Below, in pieces: positions 52,165-63,757 of a stretch of DNA of 64,000 bases (position 1 is the first letter of the stretch; every line of letters begins with the position of its first letter). Below the pieces are notes generated by a model. The model had not been told where the DNA came from. It was given only the letters and a program-made list of their open reading frames with translations, and ran no database searches. The translations under genes and the position numbers were made by a program. The DNA comes from an uncultured Bacteroidota bacterium (GTDB lineage: Bacteria > Bacteroidota > Bacteroidia > Bacteroidales > DTGW01): assembly GCA_963808135.1 (NCBI GenBank), contig CAWEFA010000124.1, positions 62,101-126,100 of the forward strand, read 5' to 3'.

Positions 52165-53826
52165 TCAATTTTCTGTATCTTGTTCCCTAATTTGTACCCT
52201 TCTTATTTTGCCGCTTATGGTTTTGGGAAGCTCGCTTACAAATTCAACTATGCGGGGATATTTATAAGGCGCTGTAACTTTTTTTACATGCTCCTGTAAT
52301 TCTTTGGCCAGTTCATCGCTTGGGTGATAATTTTTTGCAGTAACAATAGTGGCTTTTACAACCTGTCCCCTGTCGGGATCGGGTACAGCGGTAATTGCAC
52401 ATTCAAGCACAGCCGGATGTTCCAAGAGGGCGCTTTCAACTTCAAACGGGCCAATCCGGTATCCGGAACTTTTTATAACATCATCGGCCCTGCCCACAAA
52501 CCAATAATAATCGTCTTCGTCGCGCCAGGCCATATCGCCGGTATGATAAACCCCATTTTGCCATACGCTTTTGGTAAGCTGTTCATCACGGTAATAACCG
52601 TTAAACATGCCTAAAGGTTTTCTTTTATCGGTATAAATAACAATCTGGCCTTCTTCGCCCACTTCGCACGATTTGCCGTTTTCATTAACAATATCTATAT
52701 CATAGCCGGGCGAAGGTTTTCCCATTGAACCGGGCTTGGGCTCCATCCATGAATATGTTGCTACGGCCACCGTACACTCTGTTTGTCCGAAGCCTTCCAT
52801 TAATTTAATCCCCGTGGCGTCAAAAAATTGTTTGTAAACCTCGGGATTAAGAGGCTCACCCGCTACAACGCAATATTTTAAATGAGTTAAATTATATTTA
52901 GACAAATCTTCTTTTATTAAAAACCTGTAAATAGTTGGCGGCGCACAAAACGTGGTTACTTTGTACTTTTCAATAACTTCCATTATGTTTTTTGGAACAA
53001 ATTTGTCATAATCGTAAGTCATAACGGCGCTACCGGAAAGCCATTGGCCGTATATTTTGCCCCATGCCGATTTTGCCCATCCGGTATCGGCAATGGTAAA
53101 GTGCAGGCCGTTGTCCTGAACATTCTGCCAATATCTTGCGGTTGAAATATGTCCCAGAGGATAGGTGAAATTGTGGTTTACCATTTTGGGCATCCCGGTT
53201 GTGCCCGAAGTAAAATACAAAAGCATGATATCATCGTTTTGTGCAGCTTCGTTTAAAACCGGTTTAATAAAATTTTCAGGGCTCTTTTCAATTCCTTCGC
53301 TTATATTTAACCAGCCTTCGCGGTTTTCATTAATCAACGCTTTAAATTTCGATGTAGGCGATTTTTCTATCGCTTCCTCAACATGCTTAATTACCTCAGG
53401 TTCCGGCACGCATACGATCATTTTTATGTCGGCTGCATTATTTCTGTAAATAATATCCTTGGTGCTCAACAAATGCGTTGCAGGTATTGTAATTGCCCCG
53501 ATTTTATTTAATGCCAGCGTACAAAACCAGTATTCATAGCGCCTTTTTAAGATTAGCATAACCGGATCGCCTTTTCTAATTCCAATTGATTTGAAAAAAT
53601 TGGCTGCCTTATCGGTATAATATTTCATTTGTTTAAAAGTGAAAACTGCTTCTGCGCCTTTTTCGTCGCACCATACCATAGCAATTTTGTCCGGCGTTTT
53701 TAAGGCAATTTCGTCAACTACATCATAAGCAAAATTGAAGTTATCGGGGATTTTAATCTTATAATTATCAATAAAATCCTGATAAGAATTAAATTCAGTT
53801 TTGGACAGATATTTTTCCAGTAACAT
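52165..53826 (-). CDS. AMP-forming acyl-CoA synthetase/ligase (medium-chain type)
   Basis: 553 aa. AMP-binding motif [11 protein letters not shown], and [20 protein letters not shown]. Confidence 0.85.
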   Translation of the reverse strand: MLLEKYLSKTEFNSYQDFIDNYKIKIPDNFNFAYDVVDEIALKTPDKIAMVWCDEKGAEAVFTFKQMKYYTDKAANFFKSIGIRKGDPVMLILKRRYEYWFCTLALNKIGAITIPATHLLSTKDIIYRNNAADIKMIVCVPEPEVIKHVEEAIEKSPTSKFKALINENREGWLNISEGIEKSPENFIKPVLNEAAQNDDIMLLYFTSGTTGMPKMVNHNFTYPLGHISTARYWQNVQDNGLHFTIADTGWAKSAWGKIYGQWLSGSAVMTYDYDKFVPKNIMEVIEKYKVTTFCAPPTIYRFLIKEDLSKYNLTHLKYCVVAGEPLNPEVYKQFFDATGIKLMEGFGQTECTVAVATYSWMEPKPGSMGKPSPGYDIDIVNENGKSCEVGEEGQIVIYTDKRKPLGMFNGYYRDEQLTKSVWQNGVYHTGDMAWRDEDDYYWFVGRADDVIKSSGYRIGPFEVESALLEHPAVLECAITAVPDPDRGQVVKATIVTAKNYHPSDELAKELQEHVKKVTAPYKYPRIVEFVSELPKTISGKIRRVQIREQDTEN

Positions 53827-53906
53827 TTTTCTCCTGATTTATTTATAATTACTCAATTTTTTTGAAATATGATAATTTAAATACTTCTTATTTGTTTGAA
53901 GGCAGG

Positions 53907-54461
53907 TTATAAAACAACTACAAGCAACCTGGCGGCTTTGTTGTTTAAAGCTTTCATGCAATGTTTGTATCCCGAATCGAAATATAAAGAATCGCCTTCA
54001 TTGAGGGTTATTTCATGAACATCAATTATTACTTTCAAAGTACCTTCCATTACAAAATGGAACTCCTGACCTGGATGCGAGTTAAATTCGACAGTTGAAT
54101 TTTCCGCTTCAGGTTCAACCGTAACAATAAACGGTTCTGCTTTTTTATGGATAAAATTATAGGCCAGGCTTTCATATTTATATTGTTTTCTTCTTTCAGC
54201 GCTTAGCCCTTCACCTTTTCTTACCACGCAATAAACATGAAGGCGCGGATTTTCACCACCCAATAATGCCGAAAGTTCAATATTGAATTTATGGGAAATT
54301 TCATACAGCAAGCCTATTGGAATATCAATTTTACCACTTTCGTACTGCAAATATAAATCCATTGCAACCCCAAATTCGACAGCCAGTGATTCTGCCGATA
54401 TTCCGGAAATTTCCCTTAAACCTTTAATCCTTTCAGCAATTTGTTTTATATGCTCTGTCAT
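53907..54461 (-). CDS. XRE-family HTH regulator with a C-terminal cupin domain
   Basis: 184 aa. N-terminal HTH_3-like segment and a cupin segment (GQEFHFVMEGTL...GDSLYFDS). Confidence 0.8.
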   Translation of the reverse strand: MTEHIKQIAERIKGLREISGISAESLAVEFGVAMDLYLQYESGKIDIPIGLLYEISHKFNIELSALLGGENPRLHVYCVVRKGEGLSAERRKQYKYESLAYNFIHKKAEPFIVTVEPEAENSTVEFNSHPGQEFHFVMEGTLKVIIDVHEITLNEGDSLYFDSGYKHCMKALNNKAARLLVVVL

Positions 54462-54538
54462 AATAATGATATTTTAAATTTGAAAGAACGAATGCAAGAA
54501 TTTATAAATTTCTTGTAGTTTGAAAATGCTCTATATTT

Positions 54539-55489
54539 TTATTCCAGCGCATAACTTTCAGTCATCTGGTTATAAAACTTAACAAAATTGTTTTTTTCTT
54601 CAGAATCCATCCATTCCATAGCGCTTTTGGGATGTTCGTTAAGCATGCCGGTGATAAGGTAAGGAATATGATAACCCCATTCAATCTGTTGTTTCATAGA
54701 AATAAGATGATCCTGGATAATTTTAATTACAGGCCTGAGTTTGTATTTGGGGTTTTTCAGGAATGCCAGCAGGACTTCCGTATGGCAATTCCCGGCTCCA
54801 CTGCCGAAACCAAGTAGCGTGCAGTCAGCCATATTACAGTTTTCAATTATTGCCGTAACAGTATTTGAAAATGCAAGTTGCATATTATTGTGGGCATGAA
54901 TGCCAATAGTTTTACCGGGCATGGCTTTAAAATATTTACGCACTAAAAGCTCTATCTGCTCGCAATACAAACTTCCAAAGCTATCGACAAGATAAAAAAT
55001 AGGAACGCGTGATTTTGCAACATCATTTAAAGCTTCGTCTAAATCGCGTTCGTTAACTTTCGAAACTGCCATTAAATTTATTGTTGCTTCGTAGCCTTTA
55101 TCCATACAATGTTCAGCCAGGGCAATAGCTTTATCCATCTGGTGCACATAACATGCCACGCGGATCATATCAATAACGCTGTCTTTTTTCTGTGGAATAT
55201 CATCGTTGTCAATACGCCCAATATCAGCCATACATGAAAGTTTAAGCCCGGTTTTGTTACTTCCGACAATACGGCGCAAATCTTTTTCGTCGCAAAATTT
55301 CCACGGGCCGTTTTCTGTACGCGAATATGCTTTTTCGCTGCTTTTATAACCTATTTCCATATAATCGATGCCGGAAGCCACAAGCGCATCGTAAACGGCT
55401 TTCACAAATTCATCGCTGAATTTCCAATTATTCATCAACCCACCATCCCTGATAGTGCAATCTATAACTTTAATTTCCTTTCTGTACAT
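54539..55489 (-). CDS. HMGL-like / DmpG-like aldolase catalytic domain protein
   Basis: 316 aa. DCTIRDGG, GIHAHNNMQLAFSN and GFGSGAGNCHTE motifs of the pyruvate carboxyltransferase TIM-barrel family. Confidence 0.75.
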   Translation of the reverse strand: MYRKEIKVIDCTIRDGGLMNNWKFSDEFVKAVYDALVASGIDYMEIGYKSSEKAYSRTENGPWKFCDEKDLRRIVGSNKTGLKLSCMADIGRIDNDDIPQKKDSVIDMIRVACYVHQMDKAIALAEHCMDKGYEATINLMAVSKVNERDLDEALNDVAKSRVPIFYLVDSFGSLYCEQIELLVRKYFKAMPGKTIGIHAHNNMQLAFSNTVTAIIENCNMADCTLLGFGSGAGNCHTEVLLAFLKNPKYKLRPVIKIIQDHLISMKQQIEWGYHIPYLITGMLNEHPKSAMEWMDSEEKNNFVKFYNQMTESYALE

Positions 55490-55499
55490 ATTATTCCGG

Positions 55500-55865
55500 T
55501 TAACTTTTTTTAATTAGTTTGGCTATCTTCAGTTCTTCTTTAATAAAATAATCCAATAATAATTTATAAACCTTTTTAATCACTATTGAGTTTAATCCAA
55601 GCGCTTCTGCCCATTCCCCACGTTCCTTGATAACGCTTTTATATCTCTTCCTGGCCGTGATGCTTTCTTTGCTGTGATCTTTAAATTTTACAACTTCTTT
55701 AACAAATTGAAACCTTTCATTTAGCAAATCAACTATTTTCTTATCAATACGATCAATTTCCAGCCTTATATCATCTAAGGATTTACATTCTGAAGGTGGT
55801 TTGCTAAGTTCTTTCATTAATTTACTTTTTTGTTCCAATATTATTGAATAATTATTTTCATCCAA
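55500..55865 (-). CDS. AroQ-class chorismate mutase-like protein
   Basis: 121 aa. LDDIRLEIDRIDKKIVDLLNERFQFVKEVVKFK matches the CM type II helix 1. Confidence 0.7.
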   Translation of the reverse strand: MDENNYSIILEQKSKLMKELSKPPSECKSLDDIRLEIDRIDKKIVDLLNERFQFVKEVVKFKDHSKESITARKRYKSVIKERGEWAEALGLNSIVIKKVYKLLLDYFIKEELKIAKLIKKS

Positions 55866-55893
55866 CTGTTAATTTTCTTTTTCAACAGTCAGG

Positions 55894-55901
55894 CAAAAAT
55901 A
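55894..55901 (-). promoter_or_regulatory. Candidate -7 box TATTTTTG for the chorismate-mutase-like operon
   Basis: TAnnTTTG match 29 nt upstream of the ATG at 55865. Confidence 0.4.
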
Positions 55902-55910
55902 GACAAAAGG

Positions 55911-55922
55911 CAAATATATTTG
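55911..55922. promoter_or_regulatory. Palindromic CAAATATATTTG giving a TATATTTG -7 box on both strands
   Basis: Perfect 12-bp palindrome in the divergent spacer between the CM-like operon and aconitase. Confidence 0.35.
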
Positions 55923-56057
55923 AATTTTTTGATAACAAAATCAAATAAATTCTGTTTCAATCATTTTTCATTGCTGTTCAACAGTAAATGAAATATATTT
56001 TTTTAATTTGCAGTTTTAAAATTGGACAAAGAGTTTATTCCTTAAAATGAATTAAAT

Positions 56058-58332
56058 ATGCTTTTCGATTTCGACATGATTGATAATGTTTATTCGAAAA
56101 TTGATAAACAAATTAGCGAAGCGAGGAAAATTTTAAACAGGCCGCTAACATTGACCGAAAAGATTTTGTTTTCGCACCTTGCTTTGAAAACAGCTAAGAA
56201 TACTTGCAAACGCGGCATCGACTATGTTGAATTTAATCCCGACAGGGTAGCAATGCAGGATGCCACCGCCCAAATGGCTTTGCTCCAGTTTATGAATGCA
56301 GGCAAAAATAAAGTAGCTGTTCCCACTACCGTGCACTGCGACCACCTGGTTATTGCAAAATCCGGCAGCAAAACGAGATATCGAAACATCGAAGGTTAAA
56401 AATGGCGAAATTTATAATTTCCTTTCATCAATTTCGAATAAATACGGAATAGGTTTTTGGAAGCCGGGTTCGGGAATCATCCATCAAATAATTTTAGAAA
56501 ATTATGCATTTCCAGGCGGCATGATAATTGGCACCGACTCGCACACGGTCAATGCCGGCGGGCTTGGCATGATTGCAATTGGTGTTGGCGGCGCCGATGC
56601 TGTTGACGTTATGGCAGGAATGCCATGGGAATTGAAATTGCCGGAAATAATTGGCGTACGGTTAACCGGAAAGCTTTCAGGATGGGCATCACCTAAGGAT
56701 TTGATTTTAAAACTTGCCGGTATGCTCACGGTAAAAGGAGGGACTGGAAAAATTATCGAATATTTTGGCGATGGCGCTAAAACTATTTCCTGTACAGGCA
56801 AAGCTACCATTTGCAACATGGGGGCTGAAGTAGGCGCAACAACAAGCATTTTCGGCTATGATACAAAAATGCGCGATTACTTAGTTTCGACAGGTCGGGC
56901 TGAAGTTGCCGATGCCGCCGGTAAAATAGATGGCAATCTTACCGCCGACCCTGAAGCATATTCCATGCCTGAAAAGTATTTCGATAAGGTTATTGAAATT
57001 AATTTATCTAATGTTGAACCTCAAATAAACGGGCCTTTTACTCCTGACAAAGCATGGCCTTTATCGGATTTTGCAAAGGCAGTTAAAGAAAATGGCTATC
57101 CTGAAAAACTTGAAGCCGGCTTAATAGGCTCATGTACAAATTCATCGTATGAAGATATTGGCCGTTCCGCTTCCCTTGTAAAACAGGTGCTGGACAAGAA
57201 TCTTAAGATTAAAAGCGAATACATTATAACGCCGGGCTCGGAATCAGTTAAATTAACCGTTGAACGCGATGGTTTACTTGAAATTTTTTCTAAAGTCGGG
57301 GGCAAAGTATTGGCTAACGCTTGCGGGCCTTGTATTGGCCAATGGATTCGGACTGATAACACAGAAGGGAAAAAAAATTCCATTATCACTTCGTTTAACC
57401 GCAATTTTGCAAAAAGAAACGATGGCAACCCAGACACTCATACATTTCTTGCGTCGCCTGAAATTGTTACTGCCCTTGCAATCGGAGGCAAACTCACATT
57501 CAATCCCATGACAGATTATCTTATTAATGAAGAAGGGGAAAAAGTAATGCTTGATGAACCCGAAGGCCGGGAACTTCCATCGGGGAATTTTTTAATTGAT
57601 GAAACAGGCTACCAGGCCCCGACAAAAAATGGAAATGATATAGAAATTATTGTCGACCCGAATTCCGAACGGATACAACTTTTACAGCCTTTTGGCGCTT
57701 GGGATGGGAAAGACCTGAAAGGCCTGCGTTTGCTTATTAAAGTTAAAGGCAAATGCACAACCGACCATATTTCAATGGCAGGCACATGGCTCAAATATCG
57801 AGGCCATCTCGATAATATTTCAAATAACTTGTTGATTGGCGCAATAAATTATTTTAACGATAAAACAAACTGCATTAAAAACCAACTCAACGGAAATTAC
57901 CTTACAGTTCCTGAAGTTGCGAGGGCTTATAAAAATATTGGTTTGGGCAGCATAATAGTTGGCGACGAAAATTATGGCGAAGGTTCATCGCGCGAGCATG
58001 CGGCCATGGAACCCAGGCATATGGGCGTAAGAGTCGTGCTTGTGCGCTCATTCGCGCGCATACATGAAACAAATTTAAAGAAGCAGGGAATTCTTGCGCT
58101 TACATTTAGCAACAAAGAGGATTATGAAAAAATCAGGGAAGACGACACAATCGATATTACCGGTTTAACTTCCTTTGCACCTGGAAAATTGTTAACAGGT
58201 GTACTAAACCACTCCGATGGTACCAAAGAAGAAATTACCCTTAATCATTCTTATAACGAAAACCAATTCGGATGGTTCAAAGCAGGTTCGGCGCTAAATT
58301 TGATTAAACAACAGAACAAAATTATAAATTGA
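56058..58332 (+). pseudogene. acn: Aconitate hydratase (mitochondrial-type) with one frame disruption (ORFs 56058-56399 and 56353-58332)
   Basis: ...[12 protein letters not shown] then [20 protein letters not shown]...GTDSHT...CGPCIGQW. Deleting one base near 56360-56375 fuses the frames. Length is 1 mod 3. Confidence 0.9.
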
Positions 58333-58518
58333 AGTTCTGAATTTCTGAAGTTTTGAATTTCTGAATGTTATCTAAATTCTTAATATTATTTGGTTTAATT
58401 GATGAATATGATATTTATAATATTTTCCAATTGCCCAAAGATAAATATATTTGCATTGATAAAGCAGTACATATAATTTAACTGCAAGATTTATAATTAA
58501 CTTAATCTCACGGTTTAC

Positions 58519-58556
58519 AAAGCCCGATAATATAAAGTTTCGGGCTTTTATTTTTT
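58519..58556 (+). terminator. Plus-strand intrinsic terminator 186 nt after the aconitase stop
   Basis: AAAGCCCGA (58519-58527) / TCGGGCTTT (58540-58548), followed by TATTTTTT. Confidence 0.75.
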
Positions 58557-58664
58557 CAATTTAAAAATTACCAAGTTTCCTGTTCCTGAAAGTCTCTTTG
58601 GATTAATCTTATTTTGAGGTGAAAAATAAAAAAAGAGTTGAGCAAAAATGGGGAAAGCTAAATC

Positions 58665-59207
58665 TTATTGGTTTGAAAGCTCTGAAATACTAATGGATTT
58701 CACTGTTTTAAACGTAAAATGCTTTTGTGAAAAATAGCTGTAAACAACTACCAAAACTGTTGTAAGCATTTTTGAAGGGGTAGGATAAAGTTTACAATAC
58801 TCCACAAAAAACTTCAGTAAAATATAATTCAAAAATATACAAACCATAACTGTTAAGCCATACCTGAAAACCTGTACGCGCCGGCGAAGATTTGAATTAG
58901 AAAAAGTAATGTGTTTCATTAAAAGGAATCCTGTAATGAAAGTAATAGGGAAAACAAAAATAAATGAAGCTATGTAAGGACTAATTGAAATAATATGTAA
59001 ATGGATGATTCTCTTTTTTAATATAAAATTGTAAGTGATGAAATACAAGAAAGTATCGAGCATTAAATTTGAACCGCCGCAAATCGCGTAACTGAACGTG
59101 TCAACAGGGATAATTTTTTTAAATGGAATATAAGCCCAGCAAATAAATAGTTGAATAAGCTCTTTTATTTTTCTCAAAAATACCATTTGTAATTTTTTGA
59201 GAAACAA
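58665..59207 (-). CDS. GtrA-family membrane protein
   Basis: 180 aa with four TM segments and a GtrA-like FSYAICGGSNLMLDTFLYF. Confidence 0.6.
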   Translation of the reverse strand: MFLKKLQMVFLRKIKELIQLFICWAYIPFKKIIPVDTFSYAICGGSNLMLDTFLYFITYNFILKKRIIHLHIISISPYIASFIFVFPITFITGFLLMKHITFSNSNLRRRVQVFRYGLTVMVCIFLNYILLKFFVEYCKLYPTPSKMLTTVLVVVYSYFSQKHFTFKTVKSISISELSNQ

Positions 59208-59299
59208 AAATAAGTTTCTTTTGGAAAAATCCTAATCAGAAAAAAAAAATTTAATGAAAAAATTGGGAAAATTAAAGCACAATTATGTTTATGAACTTA

Positions 59300-61490
59300 T
59301 TAATTACCCATTTCAGAAAGAAATTTTATACGCATCAACCGTATTTCTTCTTCAGTAAATTCATCTTCGCTTAGTTCTTCTAATGCATCCGCAACAGCCT
59401 CGCTTTCAGCTTCACGAAAATAATCGTACACGATTCTGTTGACGCTCATCATCTAAAATTTCATCAATATAATAATCGATATTTAGTTTGGTGCCGCTAT
59501 TCACAATAGCTTCTATTTCGGTAAGCAATTCGTTCATATCTAAACCTTTTGCTAAAGCAACATCTTCAAGAGACATTTTGCGGTCGATACTTTGAATGAT
59601 AAATACTTTTAACCCCGATTTGTTGACGACCGATTTTACAACCATATCCTGCGGCCTTATTATGTCTTTTTCATCAACATATGCTTTTATAAGTTCAATG
59701 AATTCTTTTCCATAACGCTGTGCCTTACCGGTTCCAACCCCCATAGTATTTTGGAGTTCTTCCAACGTAATAGGATATTGGATGGCCATATCTTCAAGCG
59801 ATGGGTCCTGGAATATAACAAATGGCGGCAAGTTTTTTTGCTTGGCTATTTGCTTCCTTAAATCTTTTAAAATATGCAATAATTCTTCGTCAACGGTTGT
59901 TGTTTTTGACATTGAAACAGTTTGGTCTTCATCAGTTTCAACATCGTAATCATGATCTTCTGTAAGCATAAATGATTCAGGATGATCCATATATTTATAT
60001 CCTACTTCAGTAACTTTTAATAAACCATAATTTTCAATATCTTTTTGCAATAGCAGGCCAACAAGCATTTGACGGATAACTGCATTCCAAAACTTTATGT
60101 TTTTCTCTCCTCCCGAACCGAAAATTTCAAGCTTATGATGTTTGTATGCTTTAACCGCTGAAGTAGGGTTTCCGGAAAGGACGTTGGCAATATGCTCCGA
60201 TTTAAATTTTTCTTTAACTGCAAGCACACAATCGAGAACCTGCAATATGTATTCCTGTCCTTCAAACTGGGTTTTAGGATGGAGGCAATTATCGCAATTT
60301 TCGCAATTGTCTTTTTCATAAACTTCACCAAAGTAGTGCAGGAGAAATTTGCGCCGGCAAACTGAAGTTTCGGCATAAGAAACAGTTTCCATTAAAAGCT
60401 GTTTGCCAATTTCCTGTTCAGCTACCGGTTTGCCCTGCATAAATTTTTCAAGTTTTTGAATATCCTGGTACCGGTAAAAAGTAATACATTGCCCTTCGCC
60501 GCCATCACGGCCTGCACGACCGGTTTCCTGGTAGTAACCTTCCAAACTTTTTGGAATATCATAATGGATTACAAAGCGAACGTCGGGCTTGTCAATACCC
60601 ATACCAAATGCAATTGTAGCAACAATCACATCAGCTTCTTCCATTAAAAATTTGTCCTGGTTGAGCGTGCGGTTGGCAGCATCCATGCCTGCATGATATT
60701 GTAAAGCCTTAATGCCATTGACCTGTAAAAGTTCCGTCATTTCTTCGACTTTCTTACGGCTCAAACAATAAACTATTCCGGATTTACCGCTATTATTTTT
60801 AATAAATTTAATAACCTGTTTAGAAGCTTCTATTTTAGGTCGTATTTCATAATAAAGGTTGGGCCTGTTAAATGATGATTTGAAAATTGTAGCCTCCATC
60901 ATTTCAAGATTTTTCTGAATATCGTTTTGTACTTTTGGCGTTGCCGTTGCAGTAAGGGCAATAATAGGGGCATTGCCGATTTGATTAATTATTGGCCTGA
61001 TGCGCCTGTACTCAGGCCTGAAATCGTGTCCCCATTCCGATATGCAATGAGCCTCATCAACGGCATAAAATGAAACTGTAACCTGCTTTAAAAATAAAAC
61101 ATTTTCTTCTTTTGTAAGAGATTCAGGAGCAACATAAAGCAATTTTGTTTTTTCTGAAATCACATCTTCCTTAACTTTATGAATTTGAGTTTTTGTAAGT
61201 GATGAGTTTAAAAAATGTGCTACACCATCATCTTCGCTAAAGCTGCGCATTGAATCGACCTGATTTTTCATTAAAGCAATTAACGGAGAAATTACAATAG
61301 CAGTGCCTTTTAATAATAGTGCGGGTAACTGGTAGCAAAGCGATTTGCCACCCCCTGTAGGCATAAGAACAAATGTGTCTTTTCCTTCCAACACGTTACA
61401 AATTATTGCTTCCTGGTTTCCCTTGAACTTTTCAAATCCAAAGTACTTCTTCAAATTATTAAGTAACGACTGTTCCTCAAGTATTGACAT
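59300..61490 (-). pseudogene. recQ: ATP-dependent DNA helicase RecQ with a frame disruption near the C-terminus (track ORF 59412-61490)
   Basis: DEAH box VDEAHCISEWGHDFRPEY and an HRDC region. After ...DDERQQ a second frame continues IVYDYFREAESEAVADALEELSEDEFTEEEIRLMRIKFLSEMGN to a TAA at 59300-59302. Confidence 0.9.
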
Positions 61491-61892
61491 AATATATTTA
61501 CTCCAATTCTATAATTTCCTCTTACCAGAAAGCTAAAATGTTTTTTATTAAATATAATGAAATAATATCAATAATTAATACTTTTCTAAATATTGAATAA
61601 ATCAATAAATTTAATTGCTTTACTCAAATTTAATGATTTTTTACCAAATATCATAGTAATTAAAAGCTCCATTTAATTGTCGAAGGGTTAATTTAACTAT
61701 AAATTAAGTTATTTTTTCAACTCCAAAAATTTAATTTTAAAATACTGCATATAAATGAAAAAGATTAAGCAGTTTTAGTTGTAAAATTCATTTTGTGGTA
61801 TAAAAAAATAAATATCTATAATTTTTTGTTAAATGAAAAAAGATATCGTGTTTTTTATTTTTTAACGATACTAAGATTTTCATTTATTATTT

Positions 61893-61900
61893 TATCTTTG
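61893..61900 (+). promoter_or_regulatory. Candidate -7 box TATCTTTG for rpsP-rimM
   Basis: TAnnTTTG match 45 nt upstream of the ATG at 61945. Confidence 0.4.
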
Positions 61901-61944
61901 CACCCTCAAAAATAAAGTAGGTTAAATTATTAAAGCGTTTAGTT

Positions 61945-62448
61945 ATGCCTGTAAAAATCAGATTGTCACGTCAGGGTCGTAAAAAGATCCCTTTCTACCA
62001 CATAGTGGTAGCTGATAGCAGGGCGCCACGGGATGGCAAATACATAGAACGTTTGGGTAAATATTATCCAAAGACTAATCCTGCTACTATTGAATTAAAT
62101 TTTGATAGGGCATTGTATTGGCTGCAAACTGGCGCTCAACCTTCCGACACTTGTCGCAGTATTCTTTCCGACAGAGGGGTTTTATATAAAAATCACCTTC
62201 TTAATGGAGTGAAGAAAAATGCTTTGACCGTTGAACAAGTTGAAACAAAATTTCAAACCTGGGTAGAAGACAAGAAAAGCAAACATCAGCAGAAAGTCGA
62301 TTCATTAAAAAGCGTTTATGAAGATGAAAGAAAACAACGATTAGATGCTGAAAGTAAAGTTCGTGAAAAGAAAGCTGCTGAAATTGCACAAAAAAATGTT
62401 CCAGCTGAAGTTAATGTTGAAGTCAACCCGGAAAGCGAAAGTTCCTGA
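61945..62448 (+). CDS. rpsP: 30S ribosomal protein S16 (with a charged C-terminal extension)
   Basis: [38 protein letters not shown]. Confidence 0.95.
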   Translation: MPVKIRLSRQGRKKIPFYHIVVADSRAPRDGKYIERLGKYYPKTNPATIELNFDRALYWLQTGAQPSDTCRSILSDRGVLYKNHLLNGVKKNALTVEQVETKFQTWVEDKKSKHQQKVDSLKSVYEDERKQRLDAESKVREKKAAEIAQKNVPAEVNVEVNPESESS

Positions 62449-62466
62449 ACAATCTAACTAAGCAAC

Positions 62467-63003
62467 TTGCTAACTGCAATGCTTGCTGAAAATTTATTTC
62501 ATATCGGCAAACTCGCCAAGCTTCATGGTGTAAATGGAGAAGTTTTGCTTATTGCTGATAATATCTTTCCAAAAAAAATCAGCAGTACAGAATGGGTTTT
62601 TTTATTGATAGACGGATTACCTGTTCCCTTTTATATTTCGCATTTAGAAGCAAGTGACGAAAAAAGTGCAATTATTAAATTTGCCGATATTGAAACTGCC
62701 GGGGAAATGGAAGAGTACGTGGGTGTGGAAGTAATGATTGAAAAATCCGATAAAAGCAAGCCGTTAAAGAATCCTCCAATTTCAGGCAATGTACAGGGTT
62801 ACCAGGTGATTGATTTACATTATGGGAATATTGGCTATGCCGGTACATTGTTTAATTATAGCGGGAACAATGTACTTCAGATATTAATGGGAGAAAAAGA
62901 ACTTTTAATACCCTTAAATGAAACCACTATCGTTAAAATTGACAAAAAGTCAAAAATTATATCCGTAAATTGTCCTGATGGATTAATTAACCTATATTTA
63001 TAA
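62467..63003 (+). CDS. rimM: 16S rRNA processing protein RimM
   Basis: 178 aa. [14 protein letters not shown] and a PRC-barrel C-terminus. Conserved rpsP-rimM order. Confidence 0.85.
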   Translation: MLTAMLAENLFHIGKLAKLHGVNGEVLLIADNIFPKKISSTEWVFLLIDGLPVPFYISHLEASDEKSAIIKFADIETAGEMEEYVGVEVMIEKSDKSKPLKNPPISGNVQGYQVIDLHYGNIGYAGTLFNYSGNNVLQILMGEKELLIPLNETTIVKIDKKSKIISVNCPDGLINLYL

Positions 63004-63564
63004 TTCTTTTTTCGCTCTAATTGTAATGAATATTTTGTAAACAGAATACGAAGTCATAAGAATTCCAAGAGCTCCGACCATTATAGCGCTGGCTAAGTAA
63101 TTTGAATCAATATCGTTATAATTTATTGCAAATTGACGCCAAGTTCCTAAAGCAGCCCCTATAAATACAAGAATACCTAATAATAATGTTCCAATGCTGA
63201 GGGAATAATTAAGTATTTCCGTTGTTTTGTATAATTTGGTTTTCTTAAACTCGCGAAATTTCATGCTTGCATGCATGCTTGCCCTTGCCCTGATACGTTC
63301 CCTCTCTTGTTTCAGCCAGGCATTAATTATATTCTGGGCTGTGTCTTCGTAAGCAATAGTTTTTCTGTTCAGCAGTTCCTTTTCCAGCTTCAATTTATTT
63401 ATAACAAATTCGTATGCTTCATTTAATTCAATAAAGAGATCGCGTGCGCCGGGTAATTTGCTTACATCCGGATGATATTCATAAGCAAGTTTCCTGTATG
63501 CGTGTTTTACATCATCAATTGTTGCTCCTTCTGGAATTCTCAATATTTTATAATAGTCCGACAA
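62998..63564 (-). CDS. J-domain (DnaJ-like) membrane protein
   Basis: 188 aa. [12 protein letters not shown]...YHPD motif and two C-terminal TM segments. Confidence 0.8.
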   Translation of the reverse strand: MSDYYKILRIPEGATIDDVKHAYRKLAYEYHPDVSKLPGARDLFIELNEAYEFVINKLKLEKELLNRKTIAYEDTAQNIINAWLKQERERIRARASMHASMKFREFKKTKLYKTTEILNYSLSIGTLLLGILVFIGAALGTWRQFAINYNDIDSNYLASAIMVGALGILMTSYSVYKIFITIRAKKEL

Positions 63565-63630
63565 TTAAAATTATATCTAAAAACTATTTTTAATTAAACT
63601 ACTGAAAGAAATAACGATAATGAATATTAT

Positions 63631-63757
63631 ACTAAACCGCTAACAAGATATTGATAATGCATCTTGTTAGCTGGTTTAGTTAATGCCGACCTGCTAACTG
63701 TTTCAAAACAAAAGCGAAGCGAATTGTTTTGATTATCATGTTAGCGGTTCGGTATTA
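63631..63757. repeat. Two adjacent long imperfect palindromes sharing a GCTAAC/GTTAGC core
   Basis: H1: ACTAAACCGCTAACAAGAT (63631-63649) / ATCTTGTTAGCTGGTTTAGT (63661-63680). H2: TAATGCCGACCTGCTAAC (63681-63698) / GTTAGCGGTTCGGTATTA (63740-63757), with inner stem CAAAACAA/TTGTTTTG. Confidence 0.55.
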
